DNA of 64,000 bases from a virus (taxonomy: Duplodnaviria > Heunggongvirae > Uroviricota > Caudoviricetes), in IMG/VR virus record IMGVR_UViG_3300031784_000007. One strand, 5' to 3'. Shown in pieces: positions 30,687 through 40,052 of the stretch. The position numbers and the translations under genes were made by a program. The notes beneath the pieces were generated by a model. The model made no database searches and was not told the DNA's origin. It saw only the letters and a list, made by a program, of their open reading frames with translations. How positions within the stretch are numbered: position 1 is the first letter of the stretch; every line of letters starts with the position of its first letter.

Positions 30687-30956
30687 ATGCCAGATTTTAG
30701 TACGGAAATCGACATTGATGTTGATGAATTTTGGGATGAATGCTCAAGAAGTGAAAAAAAAGAGTTAATCGACCTTTTGGTTGAGGAAGGACATGTTACA
30801 AGAGTTCCTAACAGTAGTATCAATGATGAAATTCAAAAACCGTCTTTGATAGAAATTGAGTGGAATGATATGATTGATAAATTATCTTTATTAAGACAGA
30901 GATTGTCAATTGAAGAGGAAGATACCATAAAGGCTCTGGTTGAAAAATACTCATGA
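30687..30956 (+). CDS. hypothetical protein
   Basis: 89-aa ORF. Confidence 0.4.
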   Translation: MPDFSTEIDIDVDEFWDECSRSEKKELIDLLVEEGHVTRVPNSSINDEIQKPSLIEIEWNDMIDKLSLLRQRLSIEEEDTIKALVEKYS

Positions 30957-31330
30957 AAAACAAAAAAATCTACTACTCATCTAAAAATGAAAAACACGAA
31001 ATTTTAGAAATTTATTGGATAAAAAATAAATTTATTAATAAAGGATATCATGAGCTAACTGTTAACCTTAATGGTGCACATCACTCATATGATATAAATG
31101 ATTTAAATAGATATACAATCAATTCTATTGCAGGTGCTTATATTAAGAATATAACTCTTGGTTTCAAATGGGTTCGTGATGATGATTTTATGGATAGATT
31201 CATTCAAACACTAACACCAATTGTTGAGGAATTTAAAAAAGACGTTGAATATCATCATTCAATTGATGGTTGGATTGGAAGAGTTTTTATTGAACCTATT
31301 GAAAACCTTGTTGATTGGTTAAAAAAATAA
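30953..31330 (+). CDS. hypothetical protein
   Basis: 125-aa ORF; ATGA overlap with the previous gene. Confidence 0.4.
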   Translation: MKNKKIYYSSKNEKHEILEIYWIKNKFINKGYHELTVNLNGAHHSYDINDLNRYTINSIAGAYIKNITLGFKWVRDDDFMDRFIQTLTPIVEEFKKDVEYHHSIDGWIGRVFIEPIENLVDWLKK

Positions 31331-31345
31331 AACTATATTTAAAAC

Positions 31346-31603
31346 ATGTTTAACAAATTTTATAAATTAGATTTTGGACTACAAATGATTATCACTTGTC
31401 TTGTCCTATTTTTTTCAAACCAACTTGTGTCATACACATTGAGTATGGCTAACGTTCCTAGTACAGTATCATTTAACGTGGGTGTTGTACTAACATTTAT
31501 ATTGTTTTTACTCCAAACAATATCAATTTATCTTGGAGCAATGGGAATTATTAACTACATAAAACAAACAAAAACAAAAAATAAAGATGAGCAATCTAAC
31601 TAA
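31346..31603 (+). CDS. small membrane protein (two TM segments)
   Basis: Hydrophobic segments. Confidence 0.4.
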   Translation: MFNKFYKLDFGLQMIITCLVLFFSNQLVSYTLSMANVPSTVSFNVGVVLTFILFLLQTISIYLGAMGIINYIKQTKTKNKDEQSN

Positions 31604-32441
31604 ACTTCTAATCGGAGTATCGGTACTGGTACTTTTGATTTTCGGGTTCACGGGATGTGAACGAATTGACGCAGGACACGTAGGTGTTAAAGTAAATCTT
31701 TACGGTGATGGTAAAGGTGTTGATGATGTAACTGAGGTTACAGGATGGGTATTGTATAACCCGATTTCAACCAAAATTGTTGAATTCCCAACTTATGTTC
31801 AACATAAAGAATATAAAAAAACTGAAGACGGTGTTGATGAATCTTTTGTGGTAAACTCTAAAGACGGTTCCGAGTTCCATTGTTCACCAATGGTAAACTA
31901 CGCAGTAAAACGTGAAAAGGTTCCTTATATATTTGCAAAATATCGTGTTGAGTTGGACCGAATTGAAGAAGGTTTCTTAAAGACATCTATCTTTGATGCG
32001 TTCCGTGTGGTAGCAAATAGTTACACAGCAGACGCTCTTATATCTAATAGACAAGAGTTTGAAATCAAAGTCCGACAGGTATTGGAAAAACAATTATCAC
32101 CTGAAGGATTTGTATTACAACAATTTACATCAAACTTAGTTTACCCTGAAACATTTAAGAAAGCGATTGAGGCTAAGAACAACGCTGTACAATCGGCACT
32201 TATGGCGGAAAATCAAGTTAAAACCGCTGAAGCACAAGCAAGAATTAAAATTGCAACCGCTGAAGGTAATGCACAGGCTTTGTTGACAAACGCAAGGGCT
32301 GAGGCGGAATCTAACAAATTGAGACAACAAACTTTAACACCGTTGTTGCTTCAACAAATGTGGATTGAAAAATGGGAAGGTAATGTTCCAAGTACTGTTC
32401 TCGGAAGTAACCAAAACCTAATGTTTGGATTAAATAAGTAA
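31587..32441 (+). CDS. SPFH/band-7 (HflK/C, prohibitin-like) membrane protein
   Basis: N-terminal TM, then C-terminal Ala/Glu-rich helix AEAQARIKIATAEGNAQALLTNARAEAESNKLRQQ typical of SPFH proteins. Confidence 0.65.
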   Translation: MSNLTKLLIGVSVLVLLIFGFTGCERIDAGHVGVKVNLYGDGKGVDDVTEVTGWVLYNPISTKIVEFPTYVQHKEYKKTEDGVDESFVVNSKDGSEFHCSPMVNYAVKREKVPYIFAKYRVELDRIEEGFLKTSIFDAFRVVANSYTADALISNRQEFEIKVRQVLEKQLSPEGFVLQQFTSNLVYPETFKKAIEAKNNAVQSALMAENQVKTAEAQARIKIATAEGNAQALLTNARAEAESNKLRQQTLTPLLLQQMWIEKWEGNVPSTVLGSNQNLMFGLNK

Positions 32442-32451
32442 AAAAAAATAA

Positions 32452-32479
32452 CCCGGGATGTAAAAGTCTCGGGTTTTTT
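32452..32479 (+). terminator. intrinsic terminator (CCCGGGA / TCTCGGG plus T-run)
   Basis: 7-bp stem with one GU pair, then 6 T residues. Confidence 0.55.
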
Positions 32480-32482
32480 GTT

Positions 32483-32490
32483 TATCTTTG
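32483..32490 (+). promoter_or_regulatory. -7 promoter box TAtcTTTG
   Basis: Lies 10 nt before ATG 32500. Confidence 0.4.
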
Positions 32491-32499
32491 TAACATATT

Positions 32500-32676
32500 A
32501 TGGAACTACTATATATTGTATTCGGCATGTGGATTGGGGTAATTTTTACTTATTTCCAATGGTACAGACCAATGGCACAAAAAATTGAAGACCTTGAAGA
32601 AGGTATGAAAGATTGTATTAAATCAGGATTAAATGGACCAATAAATTACGGTTCAATAGAAAAAGACATGGACTAA
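32500..32676 (+). CDS. small single-TM protein (58 aa, not in ORF track)
   Basis: MELLYIVFGMWIGVIFTYFQWY...; promoter box directly upstream. Confidence 0.35.
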   Translation: MELLYIVFGMWIGVIFTYFQWYRPMAQKIEDLEEGMKDCIKSGLNGPINYGSIEKDMD

Positions 32677-32692
32677 AAAAAAAATAAACGAT

Positions 32693-33154
32693 ATGATAAC
32701 ATTTCAGGAAATTGAACGTAAATTTTTATTGAAGAGATTCCCACGTCTCGCCAAAATCAATACTGTATACCAAATTGAACAATGGTATCATGCCGATGGT
32801 TTTAGATATAGATATCAAGTTGAAATTCCTACAGGTGAAATCCATATTTTTAAAACCAAAAAAACAAATATTTCCAAAGGTATTAATACTGAGGAAGAAA
32901 CAACTTTAACATCTGAGGAGTTCCAACAACTTGATTTGGCAAATTCACTTCATATTAAAAAAACCCGAACTGTTGTAAAACATAAGGGTCATAAATTGGA
33001 AATTGACAAATATGAAGGTTTAAATATTGTCATCATGGAGATTGAACTTGGTGATATTAATGAAAAATATTCATTACCGAAATATATTGAAAAAGAAGTC
33101 CTTTATGAAGTAACGGGTATAAAAGAATTTAGTAATAAAAATTTAGCGGAATGA
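32693..33154 (+). CDS. CYTH-domain (triphosphate tunnel metalloenzyme) protein
   Basis: N-terminal EIERKF (ExExK) signature and a 153-aa size typical of CYTH. Confidence 0.5.
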   Translation: MITFQEIERKFLLKRFPRLAKINTVYQIEQWYHADGFRYRYQVEIPTGEIHIFKTKKTNISKGINTEEETTLTSEEFQQLDLANSLHIKKTRTVVKHKGHKLEIDKYEGLNIVIMEIELGDINEKYSLPKYIEKEVLYEVTGIKEFSNKNLAE

Positions 33155-33245
33155 GAAAAATAGTGGACAAAGTTATTATTTTTTTCTTATGTTTAATACC
33201 AGGACCGATAATCATGCGGTTTATTAGAAACGACAAAAAAGACAA

Positions 33246-33452
33246 TTGGTTAATATGACAAACGAAGAATGGATTGAGGAATTGTATCACCTATCTCATG
33301 AGATTGGTAAGTACAATGAAATGCATGGTAAAGTAAATGAGTGTAGAAAAAAACACCCTGACTTAAATACTGTTGAATGTGCCGAATTAGCTTATATTGA
33401 ATTAAAACGACAATACGAAGAGGAGATTGAATTAAATGAACAACCTAGATAA
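33246..33452 (+). CDS. small hypothetical protein
   Basis: 68-aa ORF overlapping the thyA start. Confidence 0.35.
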   Translation: MVNMTNEEWIEELYHLSHEIGKYNEMHGKVNECRKKHPDLNTVECAELAYIELKRQYEEEIELNEQPR

Positions 33453-34605
33453 ACAATACCAAGACCTACTCAAATCTATTTTAGATTATGGTGTAGAAAA
33501 GAAAGACCGTACAGGTACAGGAACCAAATCTATTTTTGGTTATACAATCCGTCATAAAATGAGTGATGGGTTTCCATTACTTACAACCAAGAAAATGGCT
33601 TGGAAGACAATGGTGACAGAATTACTATGGTTTTTACGAGGTGATACAAACATCAAATACCTTGTTGATAATGATTGCCATATTTGGGATGGTGATGCGT
33701 TCAAAAACTTTATGACTACAAGTGAAGGTGACCCTGACATGATATGGAACCAAGACCAATTCATTCATCTGATTAAAACTAATGATGAGTTTGCTAAGGA
33801 GTGGGGTGAGTTAGGACCAATCTATGGTAAGCAATGGAGAAGTTGGAGCCGAAATGCAACCCGTGATGAGAAAATAGTTGACCCTGGTGTTTATACAAAA
33901 CAAATAGACCAAATCCAAAACCTAATCAACGACCTTAAAACAAATCCAGACTCAAGACGACTAATGGTTTCAGCTTGGAATGTAGGAGAATTAGACCAAA
34001 TGGTTCTTCCTCCTTGTCATTATGGATTTCAAGTTTATACGAGAGAATTAAGTAAGAGTGAGAGATATGTACATTTAAGAACGGGTAAGTATTCTGGAAA
34101 ATGGGATGGAACTGGTGATGAAATGGAGTATTATAATTCAATAGGTGTTCCTAAACGAGCAATCTCTTTAATGTGGAATCAACGTTCGTGTGACGTTCCA
34201 TTAGGAATTCCAATGAATATAGCATCATATGGACTTCTTTTAATGATGATTGCGGATGAAGTTAATATGATACCTGAAGAACTAATTGGTAATTTAGGAG
34301 ATTGTCACATCTATTTGAACCAAATGGACGGTGTTAAAGAACAAATTGGTAGAGAGTTTAGTTATGAAGAAAGATTAGAGTTGATTAAAGATAATAAAGA
34401 TTTTTTAGTTAAATTATCATCTTATTCATCAAACGAAGATGTTATGAAGTTATGTGATGAATTCTTAGTCCCAAGACGTACAAGAGAACCGTTTGAATTA
34501 CCAACAGTACACGTTAGAGACGGAATCCACTGTTCATCAGTAAATGATGTTATTTTGAAAAATTATCAATCACATTCTAAGATTTATTTTCCACTTTCTA
34601 ATTAA
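33436..34605 (+). CDS. thyA: thymidylate synthase family protein (ThyA; a dUMP hydroxymethylase cannot be excluded), with insertions
   Basis: DRTGTGT, GPIYGKQWR, SAWNVGELDQMVLPPCH (catalytic Cys), RSCDVPLGIPMNIASY (Asn gives dUMP specificity), C-terminus ...KIYFPLSN; 389 aa because of three insertions. Confidence 0.85.
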   Translation: MNNLDKQYQDLLKSILDYGVEKKDRTGTGTKSIFGYTIRHKMSDGFPLLTTKKMAWKTMVTELLWFLRGDTNIKYLVDNDCHIWDGDAFKNFMTTSEGDPDMIWNQDQFIHLIKTNDEFAKEWGELGPIYGKQWRSWSRNATRDEKIVDPGVYTKQIDQIQNLINDLKTNPDSRRLMVSAWNVGELDQMVLPPCHYGFQVYTRELSKSERYVHLRTGKYSGKWDGTGDEMEYYNSIGVPKRAISLMWNQRSCDVPLGIPMNIASYGLLLMMIADEVNMIPEELIGNLGDCHIYLNQMDGVKEQIGREFSYEERLELIKDNKDFLVKLSSYSSNEDVMKLCDEFLVPRRTREPFELPTVHVRDGIHCSSVNDVILKNYQSHSKIYFPLSN

Positions 34606-34666
34606 TTTTTAGGACTACCTTTTAACTTTTTAGATTTAACAGATATTTATATTAAAAGATAGTCCT

Positions 34667-35422
34667 ATGATTGGTATATATAGAATTAAAAATTTGGTTA
34701 ATGGTGATTGTTATTATGGTTCGTCCAAACAAATTGAAAAAAGATTGGGTAGACATAGAAGAGAATTGAAAAATAATAATCATATAAATTGTATATTACA
34801 AAGAGCATGGGATAAATACGGAGAAGATAATTTTTTATTTGAGATTGTTAAAGAATGTGATATCAGTGTCCTTCTTGAGACCGAACAAAAGTATTTGGAT
34901 TTACAACCTAAATATAACATAGGGATTAAATCAAGTGGTGGTGATAATTTGACAAAAAATCCTAACAAGAATAATATTGTTAAAAAAATGACTGAATCGG
35001 TTAAAAAAAGATATGATTTAATGACTGATGAAGAAAAAAAAGAAAAACATTCACAACCTATGGAAACAAACCCAAATTGGAAAGGCGGAACAAGTTTCAA
35101 ATATTGCGAATGTGGAGTTAAAATATCGGCAATTAACAATACCTGTATAAATTGTAGAGATAAATCAGGGATGAATAATCCTTTTTTTGGTAAACAACAT
35201 TCGGAAGAAACCAAAAAAAAATTAAGTGAAAGTAGAAAAGGAAAAAAACCAACAAATATGAAACAAGTTATAATTGATAATATTATCTATGAAAGTTTGT
35301 CGGAAGCGTCAAGACAAACAGGTATTCCGTCACCAACCATTTTATGGAGAATAAATTCCAAAAATGAAAAATACAAAAACTACAAATCACACTCATCAAT
35401 CAAAGCACCCTTATCAAATTAA
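34667..35422 (+). CDS. GIY-YIG homing endonuclease with a C-terminal tail duplicating the ThyA C-terminus
   Basis: MIGIYRIKNL...YYGSS...RLGRHRRELKNNNH (GIY-YIG core); NUMOD-like KKK/GK motifs; the last 13 aa KNYKSHSSIKAPLSN parallel the ThyA end KNYQSHSKIYFPLSN. Confidence 0.8.
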   Translation: MIGIYRIKNLVNGDCYYGSSKQIEKRLGRHRRELKNNNHINCILQRAWDKYGEDNFLFEIVKECDISVLLETEQKYLDLQPKYNIGIKSSGGDNLTKNPNKNNIVKKMTESVKKRYDLMTDEEKKEKHSQPMETNPNWKGGTSFKYCECGVKISAINNTCINCRDKSGMNNPFFGKQHSEETKKKLSESRKGKKPTNMKQVIIDNIIYESLSEASRQTGIPSPTILWRINSKNEKYKNYKSHSSIKAPLSN

Positions 35423-35424
35423 TC

Positions 35425-35949
35425 ATGGAATTTCCTTTTATTACAGAACACAAAACTTTTGGTGATGATAGGGGTAATTTTTGCCCATCACCACTCCACA
35501 TGAAACACGACCAACGTTTAGATAAACACTGGGTCCAAGTTAATACAAGTATTAGTCCTTTAATTTATACCATTAGAGGACTTCATTTTCAGTTAGAACC
35601 TTTTGAACAGGCAAAATACTTAAAAGTTGTTTCAGGTAAAATTTTCCAATTTGTAATGTGTATAGATAAAACACATTTTGATTTTGGAAAAACTTATATA
35701 TTTGAGGTTGATAAAGACCATGCTGTTATGGTACCAAGAGGTTACGCAAATGGTTTAATAACAATGGAACCTAATACAGTCATCCAATATTTTGTTGATT
35801 CACCTTATTCACCACAACATGAAAAATCTATGTTGTACAGTAGTGTTGAGGAATTTGATAAGTTTGTTAAAAATTACACGGAAAACCCGCATTTATCGGA
35901 AAAAGACCGTGATGGATTTTTATGGGAAGACTATAAAAAAACTTTATGA
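35425..35949 (+). CDS. RmlC-like cupin (dTDP-4-dehydrorhamnose 3,5-epimerase family), with the catalytic His replaced
   Basis: FGDDRGNF, IRGLHFQ, KYLKVVSGKIFQFV, VMVPRGYANGL align with RmlC; the NHS motif His is Thr here (VNTSIS). Confidence 0.6.
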   Translation: MEFPFITEHKTFGDDRGNFCPSPLHMKHDQRLDKHWVQVNTSISPLIYTIRGLHFQLEPFEQAKYLKVVSGKIFQFVMCIDKTHFDFGKTYIFEVDKDHAVMVPRGYANGLITMEPNTVIQYFVDSPYSPQHEKSMLYSSVEEFDKFVKNYTENPHLSEKDRDGFLWEDYKKTL

Positions 35950-37596
35950 CCAGTTTTGAAATAAATCTTCAAGAACATGAATTGAAATTTTTCTTAATTT
36001 ACTATTAACCTCTGATACATCAAAATCTTTATCACCTAAAGATTTAATTGCTGCATTTACCATTATCCCCTGAACTTGTGGGTTTAACTCAATTAGACCC
36101 TCAAGAGCGGCTTCTGAGTATTCATCTAAGTCTTTCCATTTTGCTTGGTCAGTAATCCATTCTAAAGGTGCGTACAGAAATGGAGCGGCTTGGTACATGT
36201 TGACAATACCTGTTTTTCTTAAAAATTCCAAATATTGTTTTATTGTGTCCCAATCTTTTGGTTCTATGTTACTATAAGCATCGTCCCTTCTAAACATTGT
36301 TTCCAATTCACGTGACTCTTGAATTAATTTTGATTTTTTAGTTAAAGTCATTTCATGTAGAGCGTCTTCCTTTACGGTGGTTACAATTTCAGGATACGTC
36401 ATACCAATATGCTCATCATTTTTACCAGGGTAATCAGTATTATTTAAGATTACACGTAGAGCATTTAAAATACCCGCTCTTTTATCGTTAGTGTCAATAA
36501 TGTACCAAGGCGAAGCTGTTTTTGTTGCCAATATCGCTTTTTTCTTGTATTCAGTATAATCATCCCATTTTTCTAATGACTTGGCATCGTTTGGTGAAAA
36601 TTTCCAATACTTCAATGGTGATGACTTTCTAAGATTAAATCTTTTTTCTTGTGTTTCAGGTGTTATTGAAAACCAAAATTTAAATAATGGTATTCCCGCA
36701 CTAACTAAACTTCTTTCAAATGGATAAACATTTTCCATAAAGTCTTTATATTCATCTTCAGATGAATAACCCATAACAGGTTCAACAATACCTCTATTAT
36801 ACCAACTTCTATCAAAGAAAATTAATTTATTTGGTTCCATTTGACTTTCATATCTATTAAACCAATTTTTTCTTTCTTCAGGTGTTGGTACACCTAAAGC
36901 AACTACTTTAAAATATTTTGGGTCTAAGTATTGTGTTAAAGTTCTAATCATTGTACCTTTTCCTGCCGAATCACGACCTTCAAAAACAACAAGAAATGGT
37001 TTTCCTGAGTTTTTAACCATTTCTTGTAATTTTAATAATTCAACTTGCATTGGCATCAATTCTTTTATATATTGTTTTTTACCAATTTTAGATTTAATTG
37101 GTTCTTCCGAACCATACATAAATTCATCTTCGTCAAAATCATCATTTGGTTCTGATTCAATATCTTTTCTATCCTCTAAAGATTTAAGATATTTGTCAAT
37201 ATATTTTTTTACATTTTCAGTCTTATCACCTGACTTTAATAATTTTCGGTCAATATTCCTTAAAAATTCATCGGTAATATCATCATCATTTAACTTAGTA
37301 ATTTCATCTTCAAAATCGTCAGGATTTAAACCATCATCAACTAATACATTGACAAATTTTTCTATAGATTCACCTAATACATTTTCAGATTCAAAATCCC
37401 AAGCATCAGTTTCAGGTATTAAATCTAAAGTAGAATCATTATCCCATTTAACGCTGTATTGTATACCCAAACCGAATGGAACTCGTACTATTTTTGTGAC
37501 AGTACCTGTGGTACCAATAGGAACATTTGATGTTTCACCTTCCATGTAGTAACAAACTACTCTATCACCTTCTTTTAATTGCGGATTTAACGACAT
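35944..37596 (-). CDS. polyphosphate kinase 2 (PPK2) family protein with an N-terminal SH3/KOW-like domain
   Basis: LVVFEGRDSAGKGTMI (Walker A), FDRSWYNRG lid motif, ...YIIDTNDKRAG; N-terminal 180 aa unrelated. Confidence 0.7.
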   Translation of the reverse strand: MSLNPQLKEGDRVVCYYMEGETSNVPIGTTGTVTKIVRVPFGLGIQYSVKWDNDSTLDLIPETDAWDFESENVLGESIEKFVNVLVDDGLNPDDFEDEITKLNDDDITDEFLRNIDRKLLKSGDKTENVKKYIDKYLKSLEDRKDIESEPNDDFDEDEFMYGSEEPIKSKIGKKQYIKELMPMQVELLKLQEMVKNSGKPFLVVFEGRDSAGKGTMIRTLTQYLDPKYFKVVALGVPTPEERKNWFNRYESQMEPNKLIFFDRSWYNRGIVEPVMGYSSEDEYKDFMENVYPFERSLVSAGIPLFKFWFSITPETQEKRFNLRKSSPLKYWKFSPNDAKSLEKWDDYTEYKKKAILATKTASPWYIIDTNDKRAGILNALRVILNNTDYPGKNDEHIGMTYPEIVTTVKEDALHEMTLTKKSKLIQESRELETMFRRDDAYSNIEPKDWDTIKQYLEFLRKTGIVNMYQAAPFLYAPLEWITDQAKWKDLDEYSEAALEGLIELNPQVQGIMVNAAIKSLGDKDFDVSEVNSKLRKISIHVLEDLFQNWS

Positions 37597-37628
37597 ATTT
37601 ATTAAATATAAGATACTTACATATAAAT

Positions 37629-38249
37629 ATGGAGATTATTATAACTGAAGAGCAACGCAGAGTAATTTTGAAAGAAAATTTCAAATCTGATGTTATTAAA
37701 AAAGTTGAATTGTTTAAACAATATACGGTTGATGTTATAAACGACCTTAAAAACTCCATGAATTTTAATTTTAGATTTGGTGTTACCTATGGCGCGGGAA
37801 TCGGTGTTGTATTGAATCACGTCATTGAACATTTACATGAAAACTATTCAGGGTTAAGTGATACTGATGTTAAAATGTTGGCATTAACAGCGATTATGGT
37901 TGTATTCTTTGAATCAAAGGACATCCTCAAAATGGAAAAAGAGGTTGAAGAAAAAGGGTTACAGAATGAATTAATTGATGCGGTTTCATTTACAGAAACT
38001 TTAAAAACAAAATTTTCAAAAATATTGAAAGCAGTTGGTTCAAGTTTTTGGAGAGGTACTGATATTATTGGTTATGCCTTTTTATTACCAATATTAGGTG
38101 AATTTACAAAATTCTTACAATCTTATAATGTTTCAGATATTGATTTTGATACAATTGCTAAAAGTTTATCTGAAGCAACTGGTATAATTGTTGGTGGACA
38201 CGTATTGAAAAGAATGTTCAATACTTTATCTGAAAAATACAAAAATTAA
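37629..38249 (+). CDS. hypothetical protein
   Basis: ORF-track start at 37527 overlaps the PPK2 gene; the in-frame ATG 37629 is preferred. Confidence 0.45.
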   Translation: MEIIITEEQRRVILKENFKSDVIKKVELFKQYTVDVINDLKNSMNFNFRFGVTYGAGIGVVLNHVIEHLHENYSGLSDTDVKMLALTAIMVVFFESKDILKMEKEVEEKGLQNELIDAVSFTETLKTKFSKILKAVGSSFWRGTDIIGYAFLLPILGEFTKFLQSYNVSDIDFDTIAKSLSEATGIIVGGHVLKRMFNTLSEKYKN

Positions 38250-38539
38250 TCAAGTAATTCAAAATAGATATTACCATTTGCGTAATATGTTCTTCTGGCA
38301 AGTTTTTTCTCAACTAGTTTACCCATTTCAGTTAACGCCTGACTATCCTCAAGTTTAATTGCCTTTGTCTTGTACTTAACAGATTTTGTTGTCGTTGTTG
38401 GTTTAATTCTCATTGGTTTAAAGTATTCGTCCAATGCAAAGATAAGTTCATCTTTTGACTTATCAAAATTCAAACCTTCTTTTTTACATAAATTCTTAAG
38501 TTCAATTAGTGATAATTTTTCAAGTTCACTTTTTACCAT
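38246..38539 (-). CDS. small protein with N-terminal SAP/HeH-like helix-extension-helix
   Basis: LSLIELKNLCKKEGL. Confidence 0.35.
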   Translation of the reverse strand: MVKSELEKLSLIELKNLCKKEGLNFDKSKDELIFALDEYFKPMRIKPTTTTKSVKYKTKAIKLEDSQALTEMGKLVEKKLARRTYYANGNIYFELLD

Positions 38540-39125
38540 ACTTCAATTCGTATTGTTTTATAAGTTCCTTTTTTAATTTTAATTGGTCTTTTTCACTCAT
38601 GTCACGATTGCTAATATTTCTTCTTAACCAACCATCAATTACTTCATCAATACCAATTTTTCTTAATTTCATTACTCTTCTGAATCCTTGTAAAACTGCT
38701 GGTATTTCGTGGGATTGTAAATAATATTTGTAATTCTTAGGTTGTTTACCATCAATATAAACTTCAGAGTCAGGTCTTAAACCCAAATATTGTTTGTGAT
38801 GTTCATATTCATGTGCAATAATATCATTTAAATCCGCAACCAAATCATACATCAATTCAGGATAGTAATCCTTATTTAAAAATACAACCACTTGCATACT
38901 TTCAGTCTCATCATCGTAATCACCATCAACAAAATATTTTTGATTACCTTCTTTCCAATTAAAGTTCCAATCAAAAAATACGTTAATGTCATAAGGATAG
39001 TATTCCTCATCGCTAATGTCTGATGGTAGGTCCCAACTACCTTCATCACCGTTTTTAATAATTCTAACAATATCCTTTACTATCATTCTAGTATCGGAAT
39101 CTATACTTTCTATTAATCTTTCCAT
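38526..39125 (-). CDS. HExxH zinc-metalloprotease-motif protein
   Basis: IIAHEYEHHKQY. Confidence 0.4.
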   Translation of the reverse strand: MERLIESIDSDTRMIVKDIVRIIKNGDEGSWDLPSDISDEEYYPYDINVFFDWNFNWKEGNQKYFVDGDYDDETESMQVVVFLNKDYYPELMYDLVADLNDIIAHEYEHHKQYLGLRPDSEVYIDGKQPKNYKYYLQSHEIPAVLQGFRRVMKLRKIGIDEVIDGWLRRNISNRDMSEKDQLKLKKELIKQYELKYGKK

Positions 39126-39559
39126 TCTATTTCATTTAAATTATAAGAAATTTCTCTCATATTACAATAACCAAAATAATCTTTAATTTTTTCATTAATT
39201 GGTGATAAAAAATGGCTATATTGTAAATTCTTTGGTGTACCTATCGGTAAAAAAAGGTTAAAGAATTCTTTTAGTTTTTCATCATTAAATTTCATATTGA
39301 ATATGACCACTTTAAATTGTAAAACTGGTACCCAATCACCTGTTGATATCATTGCTTTATAATGTAATGGTACTAACTTAACATCCATAGTTCCCAAAGG
39401 AGCTCTCATTGTTTCATCATCAAGATATCTTGTGAATGGAACATAGATGGGTAAATTTAATTCTTCTTCTGATATAAATTTTAAGCAAGGTTTTGTTTCC
39501 CTTAGTATTTGGGGCATTACACTATCTAAATCTTCTCTTTCCTTAAAACGTATCCTCAT
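39113..39559 (-). CDS. hypothetical protein
   Basis: 148-aa ORF. Confidence 0.4.
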   Translation of the reverse strand: MRIRFKEREDLDSVMPQILRETKPCLKFISEEELNLPIYVPFTRYLDDETMRAPLGTMDVKLVPLHYKAMISTGDWVPVLQFKVVIFNMKFNDEKLKEFFNLFLPIGTPKNLQYSHFLSPINEKIKDYFGYCNMREISYNLNEIEWKD

Positions 39560-39580
39560 TAATAATAAATACCTTGATTA

Positions 39581-40030
39581 ATGATAATATATTTCTATTT
39601 TTATTGTATGGAATTATTGAACACTCACCCAATTAAGAAATCTGATTTGGGTTTTCATGGGAATTTATTTGGTGGTAAAATTTTAGCTTGGGTTGATTCA
39701 GCAGCATCAGGACTTGCAATGCAACTTTGTGACTCACCTCGATTGGTCACGGTGTCATTAGATGAGTGTCGGTTTATAAAACCCGGTAAAGAAGGTCAGT
39801 TATTAAAAATTTATGGTAAACCACTTAAGGTTGGTAATACATCTATAAAATTATACATAGAGGCTCGTTCTCATAGTGTTTACACAGGTTCTCAAACTGT
39901 AATTCTTCATACCGAAACAACTTTTGTCAGAATCGATGAGGAAGGAAATCCAATTCCAATTAGTGACAGAGCAAAAAATAGAATTAATCAGATAATTCAA
40001 GGTATAGAAATTACAGATAAAACAATTTAA
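39581..40030 (+). CDS. hotdog-fold acyl-CoA thioesterase-like protein
   Basis: HGNLFGGKILAWVDSAASGLAM resembles YciA-type thioesterases. Confidence 0.45.
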   Translation: MIIYFYFYCMELLNTHPIKKSDLGFHGNLFGGKILAWVDSAASGLAMQLCDSPRLVTVSLDECRFIKPGKEGQLLKIYGKPLKVGNTSIKLYIEARSHSVYTGSQTVILHTETTFVRIDEEGNPIPISDRAKNRINQIIQGIEITDKTI

Positions 40031-40052
40031 TAGTTTTACAATAATTATTAGT

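Noticed and set aside
33436-34605. Group I intron or intein interrupting thyA (by analogy with T4 td/I-TevI)
   Set aside because: The ThyA reading frame is continuous through all conserved blocks to a canonical C-terminus; the homing endonuclease is free-standing downstream. The insertions are short in-frame peptide segments.
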